A stretch of 28,393 nucleotides of DNA, from positions 1 through 28,393 of the IMG/VR virus record IMGVR_UViG_3300032144_000034. One strand, 5' to 3'. The notes beneath the pieces were generated by a model that was not told the DNA's origin, did no database searches, and saw nothing but the letters and a program-made list of their open reading frames with translations. Every line of letters starts with the position of its first letter. The stretch's first letter is position 1. Below, piece by piece: positions 24,236 through 28,393 of the stretch. This DNA is from a virus (taxonomy: Duplodnaviria > Caudoviricetes). The position numbers and the translations under genes were made by a program.

Positions 24236-25671
24236 AACTCCGGTGGGCTGGTTTCGCGCCTGACCTCGATCAGGCCACCCCCGGCATTTGGACTGACTGT
24301 AACCACATCATCCCTACACTCAGGGGATTCCGTGGGGCTCCGTCTCCAGTAACGATTGGGCTTCCTGCTGCGGCTGGGGCGGCAACAGGGGCGGCAATCG
24401 TCAAGAAGCTGGACAACACCGCCCGGTTCTTCGTTGCCTCGACTGCGAAGATCGAGGAAGCGACTTCAGGGACGGCCTACACGGATCGTTCCCGGGTAGG
24501 GGGGTATACCTCTACCAACCGGTTCAGGTTCACCCAGTACGGGGACGTAACACTCGCCACAAATAAGTCCGAGGTCATTCAAGTCTCGACGACTGGGTCA
24601 TTCGCAGATCAGTCCACCGCTCCCAAGGCCGGAATAATCGAGACGGTCAACCAGTTCGTCTTCGCGTTCGACACGATTGACGGCACCTACGGGACCTCTC
24701 CTGACCGCTGGTGGTGCTGTGCGCTGGGAGACTACACCTCCTGGACGCCTGCCATTGCGACCCAAGCAGCAACAGGAAGACTGACTTCTTCTCCCGGCCC
24801 TATTACAGCCGGAGTAAGACTCGGCGACAACATCATCGTCTACAAGGAACGGGCGATGTATGTCGGGGTTTATACCGGACCCCCTTTCATCTGGCGCTTC
24901 GATGAGATTCCGGGGACGGTTGGAGTCGCAGGAAACGAAGCGGTTGTCTCAGTTGGGACTGCCCACTACTTCCCCGGCTATGAAGACTTCTACGTGTTTG
25001 ATGGCGCGAGGGCGGTTCCTCTCGATTCACCGGTCAAGCAGTGGTTCTTCGCTGATCTTTCAAAGCAGAACGCTTCCAAGATCATCGGCGTCCACGACTT
25101 CGACCGGACCCTCATCAAGTGGCACTACCCGTCTGAAGGGCAGTCCACCCTCAACCGCTGCATCGTCTACAACTACAAGACGGGCCGTTGGGGACTGGAT
25201 CACCAGACGATTGAGTACGCGGTGCAGTACATCCCTTCGGGGACGGTCTACGACGATCTGGGAGCGACGTATTCCACGTATGCGGATCTTCCGAACATCC
25301 CATACGACCAGTTCTATCAGGCTTCAAGACCGGTCCCGTCGATCATCAACACATCCCACCTTGTTCAGTTGTTGAACGGGGCGTGTCAGACGGCCTACTT
25401 TGTGACTGGGGATTATGGTGATGAGGAGTACTTCACCACGATCCTGGGGATTACTCCCCGGTGGGCGCAGAAACCAACGTCGTCAACACTGACGAACTAC
25501 TACCGGGAATACCTGGGGGACAACCTGACCACAGGGGTAACCACTTCCCTCCAGAACGGCCGGTACGACTTCATGCGTTCGTCGAGGTTCCACCGATTCC
25601 GTCAGGACATGATCGGGGACTTCGAGGTGTACGGAGCCGATATCCGACCGAAAAAGGGCGGACTTGAATAA
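24232..25671 (+). CDS. Tail nozzle / packaged-DNA stabilization protein (P22 gp10 / tubular B-like)
   Basis: Beta-propeller-like 479 aa; GFAPDL start, IVYNY.TGRW; follows the adaptor. Confidence 0.75.
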   Translation: MKLRWAGFAPDLDQATPGIWTDCNHIIPTLRGFRGAPSPVTIGLPAAAGAATGAAIVKKLDNTARFFVASTAKIEEATSGTAYTDRSRVGGYTSTNRFRFTQYGDVTLATNKSEVIQVSTTGSFADQSTAPKAGIIETVNQFVFAFDTIDGTYGTSPDRWWCCALGDYTSWTPAIATQAATGRLTSSPGPITAGVRLGDNIIVYKERAMYVGVYTGPPFIWRFDEIPGTVGVAGNEAVVSVGTAHYFPGYEDFYVFDGARAVPLDSPVKQWFFADLSKQNASKIIGVHDFDRTLIKWHYPSEGQSTLNRCIVYNYKTGRWGLDHQTIEYAVQYIPSGTVYDDLGATYSTYADLPNIPYDQFYQASRPVPSIINTSHLVQLLNGACQTAYFVTGDYGDEEYFTTILGITPRWAQKPTSSTLTNYYREYLGDNLTTGVTTSLQNGRYDFMRSSRFHRFRQDMIGDFEVYGADIRPKKGGLE

Positions 25672-26062
25672 GGTCGGCAATCCGGTACTGCCGAAGTTCA
25701 ATGATCCCGACCTACGCGCTCTCGTTGAGAAGCTGAACCGGTTCCACTCGGAACTCATCACTGCGATGGACCAGGGGAAAGACGGGTATCTGTGGCCCTC
25801 GACCTCTGTGGTTTCTGACTACACCTGTAACCAGAACGACGCCCTCATCGTGGCGAACGCGCCGACCGCGGGGTTAACAGTAACCCTCCTGGCTGCTGAC
25901 TTGGGAGAGTCGAAGCGCGTCGCGGTGAAGCGAATCAACGCGGGAAGCAATGTTCTGGTGTCGAGTCCTGATCTCATTGATGGACAGACGACCCGGACTC
26001 TTGCGGCGCAGTACGACGCCATTGATGTGATCTCCGACGGGGATACGTGGCACAGAGTCTAG
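25664..26062 (+). CDS. Putative tail needle/fibre-like small virion protein
   Basis: Helical N-terminus, then TVTL...VKR....V.....IDG....L..QYD...ISDG..W module. Confidence 0.65.
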   Translation: MNKVGNPVLPKFNDPDLRALVEKLNRFHSELITAMDQGKDGYLWPSTSVVSDYTCNQNDALIVANAPTAGLTVTLLAADLGESKRVAVKRINAGSNVLVSSPDLIDGQTTRTLAAQYDAIDVISDGDTWHRV

Positions 26063-26433
26063 TCGCGATTGCGCCTGCTGATGTTCGTCAGTACTGGGAA
26101 AGAATCAAGGAAGGACTGGCTGTCGTTAGAAAGCGCGGCCCAGTCAATTGGATCGATGAAGACGTGTACGCGAACCTCAAAGCGGGTTCGGCACAACTTT
26201 TCATCACAGAAGACACCTTCGTCATCTGCTATCCCGAGAGGATGCACGACGGGATGTCTTTGCACATCTGGATTGCGTACTCCACCCATGGAAACGCGGT
26301 GGAGACCTATGAGCCTCAGTTGATCGAGATCGCCAAGGGTTTCGGAGCGATCCGGTTGAAGTGTGAATCAGCAAGAAATTGGGAGCCGAAAGGATACATA
26401 CCCGTGTCAACGATCTACTACAAGGACATCTGA
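26047..26433 (+). CDS. GNAT-fold-like podovirus assembly protein (T7 gp13 / P22 gp14 position)
   Basis: LHIWIAYS...EIAKGFGA..LKCESAR.W; located before the ejection proteins. Confidence 0.6.
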   Translation: MAQSLVAIAPADVRQYWERIKEGLAVVRKRGPVNWIDEDVYANLKAGSAQLFITEDTFVICYPERMHDGMSLHIWIAYSTHGNAVETYEPQLIEIAKGFGAIRLKCESARNWEPKGYIPVSTIYYKDI

Positions 26434-27261
26434 ATGGGTGGCGGCGGCGGTAAGGAAACAGTCACGAAGAACGAGATCCCGGATTGGGCCGTTCCGTATG
26501 CAGGGGGATTGCTCAATGTCTCCTGGGCGAACGCCAATCAGCCTTACAAGGATCGCATTGCCCCGTTCTCACAGGATCAGAACACCGCTTTCAGCATGAT
26601 CCGGGACCGGGCCACTCAGGGCTCCCCTCTGATGACGGGGTCGAATCAGATGCTGACCGACACCGTGAACGGGAAGTACCTGGACCCGACTTCGAACCCT
26701 GCCTGGGCGCCGACAATGGACAGGATTCGGGACGAGTATCAGCGAGGGATCGCCCCTCAGACTGCGGCGGCTTTTGCCAATGCCGGAGCCGGACCTCTAG
26801 GAGAGTCCTCGGCCTACCTTGAGACCATGGGGGCGAACAACCGGGCCTTCGGGGATACCTTGGCGCAAGCCGGTGGAGAACTCTACAACGCCGAGCGGTT
26901 GAATCAAATGAGGGCGGCGATGTTCGCTCCTCAGTATGCACAGGCTGAGTACCAGGATGCACAGGCCCTTGCGGGGATCGGAGACGTTCAGCAGGACTAC
27001 CAACAAGACCTGTTGAGCGACCTCTACAACTACCCGAGGGAGAGCACCGACTACTTCGCCAACACGCTGGGAAGGGCTATCGGAGGGGCTGGGAGTACCA
27101 CAGGGCCTAACCCCTATCAGCGTAACCGCGCGGCCTCTGGAATCGGGGGAGCCCTTGGAGGGGCGGGGCTCGGTTACATGATCGGGTCCGGGGCTTCTAT
27201 CGGCGGTCCCTACGGTGCTGCTATCGGTGCGGGTGTTGGTCTACTTGGAGGACTTCTCTGA
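26434..27261 (+). CDS. Internal virion / DNA ejection protein
   Basis: MGGGG start, IPDWAVPY, Q/A-rich helices, C-terminal glycine zipper GGALGGAGLG...GAAIGAGVGLLGGLL. Confidence 0.75.
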   Translation: MGGGGGKETVTKNEIPDWAVPYAGGLLNVSWANANQPYKDRIAPFSQDQNTAFSMIRDRATQGSPLMTGSNQMLTDTVNGKYLDPTSNPAWAPTMDRIRDEYQRGIAPQTAAAFANAGAGPLGESSAYLETMGANNRAFGDTLAQAGGELYNAERLNQMRAAMFAPQYAQAEYQDAQALAGIGDVQQDYQQDLLSDLYNYPRESTDYFANTLGRAIGGAGSTTGPNPYQRNRAASGIGGALGGAGLGYMIGSGASIGGPYGAAIGAGVGLLGGLL

Positions 27262-27596
27262 TGTTCAACATGTTCGGTCCGCAACAGGGTTTGCGGATGC
27301 CAAATGGTCCGGCCCTCGGGTTGACGATGGGTTCCCCCTCCTCTCCCGGGTCTCAACCTGGGGTGCCGGGCCTCCAGATTCCTCCGGGGTTAGGTGAACA
27401 GATGAACCGGGGAATGTTGGCCCAGTACGCCAACCCCAAGCCCAGTCCGTTGGCTGCTCTGTCCGCCCTTCAGGGGTTGGGAGGCATGGGGCAGCAGCCC
27501 ATCCCGGTAACTCCGGTGATGAGCTACCGCGCTCCCATGATGCCGTTCAATCCCTTCTCTCCACGACCGACTGCGTTCAATACCGGCCGTCGATAA
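27261..27596 (+). CDS. Pro/Gly/Met-rich putative ejection-region protein
   Basis: TGATG coupling and GGAGG SD; low complexity. Confidence 0.6.
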   Translation: MFNMFGPQQGLRMPNGPALGLTMGSPSSPGSQPGVPGLQIPPGLGEQMNRGMLAQYANPKPSPLAALSALQGLGGMGQQPIPVTPVMSYRAPMMPFNPFSPRPTAFNTGRR

Positions 27597-27804
27597 CGAT
27601 CACTGGCCCGACGTTGTAGCCGGCGGCGTAGCTGGGGAGTTCGCACTTCACCCGGCGTTTCTCCAACTCAAGGACAGTGAGTCGGTAGCCCTCGTCTGTC
27701 CAGCGGTAGTAGCCATTTGGGTTGCACAGGTCGCCGGACGAAGCTCTCTCGACCCGTTCTTGCGTGGCACAACCCGCCAACAGGATCAACAGTAGGTATC
27801 TCAT
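27577..27804 (-). CDS. Antisense lipoprotein moron, 75 aa
   Basis: GGAGG SD before ATG 27804; MRYLLLILLAG-C lipobox. Confidence 0.75.
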   Translation of the reverse strand: MRYLLLILLAGCATQERVERASSGDLCNPNGYYRWTDEGYRLTVLELEKRRVKCELPSYAAGYNVGPVIVIDGRY

Positions 27805-27814
27805 AGGACCCTCC

Positions 27815-28393
27815 ATGGACGAAGTGACAGATTGGGATTGGCTCCGTCAACCGATCCCCCAGTTCTTTGGTCGCAGCCACGGCTATATCGGGATGGGCAC
27901 GCCCTACGACTACCGCTTGGAAGGTCAACCGCTCCCGGAAAGCCCGTTTAGCCAGCAGCCAAAGTACAGCCTTGGGGAAGGCATCGTACCGGAAACACAG
28001 CTTTTCCCCAAAGTTATCCCCAACTACGGGCCTACAGAGCAGACGCCGGCAAGCGAATGGCTAGGGCAGAAAGCGTTCCCGCCTGCTTCCGGATACTCAA
28101 GCGTTGCTCCTACCGGGAGCCCGTCTGCGAATCCCGCGAGCCAGGAAGCATGGCCCATAGGGGCTCTGGCAGCGGGTTTGGGGATGCTGGCCAACAACAC
28201 GGGGCATTACGGCGCGTTCGGCCCTGCGTTCGGCAGGGGCGGTCTCATGGGCCTGGAAGCCTATGGGGCGGAGCGAGATCGTCAAACCCGGGTAAAGCAG
28301 ATTGCGGACGAAGCGGCCATGCGTCGGGAGCAGATTGGGATCAATCGCACTCAAGCTGAATACGTAGGCAAGAAGGCGAAGCGGGAAGAAGAC
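27815..28393 (+). CDS. Putative ejection protein, truncated by window end
   Basis: ATG 27815, 193 codons open to the edge: MDEVTDWDWLRQPIP...GALAAGLGMLANNTGHYGAFGPAFGRGGLMGLEAYG then coiled coil. Not in the track. Confidence 0.7.
   Translation, partial: MDEVTDWDWLRQPIPQFFGRSHGYIGMGTPYDYRLEGQPLPESPFSQQPKYSLGEGIVPETQLFPKVIPNYGPTEQTPASEWLGQKAFPPASGYSSVAPTGSPSANPASQEAWPIGALAAGLGMLANNTGHYGAFGPAFGRGGLMGLEAYGAERDRQTRVKQIADEAAMRREQIGINRTQAEYVGKKAKREED

Noticed and set aside
1-28393. Stop-codon reassignment (TAG or TGA)
   Set aside because: Core genes are intact in code 11, all three stops end genes at tight junctions, and the only tRNA is Asp.

Overview
The window is a contiguous piece of a tailed dsDNA phage genome with podovirus-type (P22/SU10-like) morphogenesis genes and a lambdoid-type replication/late-control region. 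From left to right: (1) 1-3221, the end of a T7 gp4/Twinkle-like helicase, a replication initiator with internal iteron-like repeats, small nin-like genes (Ref-like HNH, VRR-NUC-like nuclease, Tat-signal protein) and a Q-like antiterminator. (2) 3221-6500, an accessory zone with an antisense HEPN-motif gene, a tRNA-Asp(GUC) and a leftward small-gene operon showing a 48-bp direct-repeat scar. (3) TerS, then a 2OG-Fe(II) oxygenase, a glycine-rich protein and a GH5 hydrolase, then TerL. (4) Portal, a four-gene fibre/LamG block, scaffold and the major capsid gene. (5) A five-gene glycosylation cluster (TPR-glycosyltransferase, three more GT-like genes, ColD-like PLP dehydratase). (6) Adaptor, nozzle and ejection proteins with an antisense lipoprotein moron. 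The most striking signal is that the major capsid gene is split after codon 30 by a 246-nt ORF-less group I intron (17450-17695). The ORF track misses this, but P1-P10 pairings and both splice sites can be read directly from the sequence. All family assignments come from motif recognition by eye; no searches were run.
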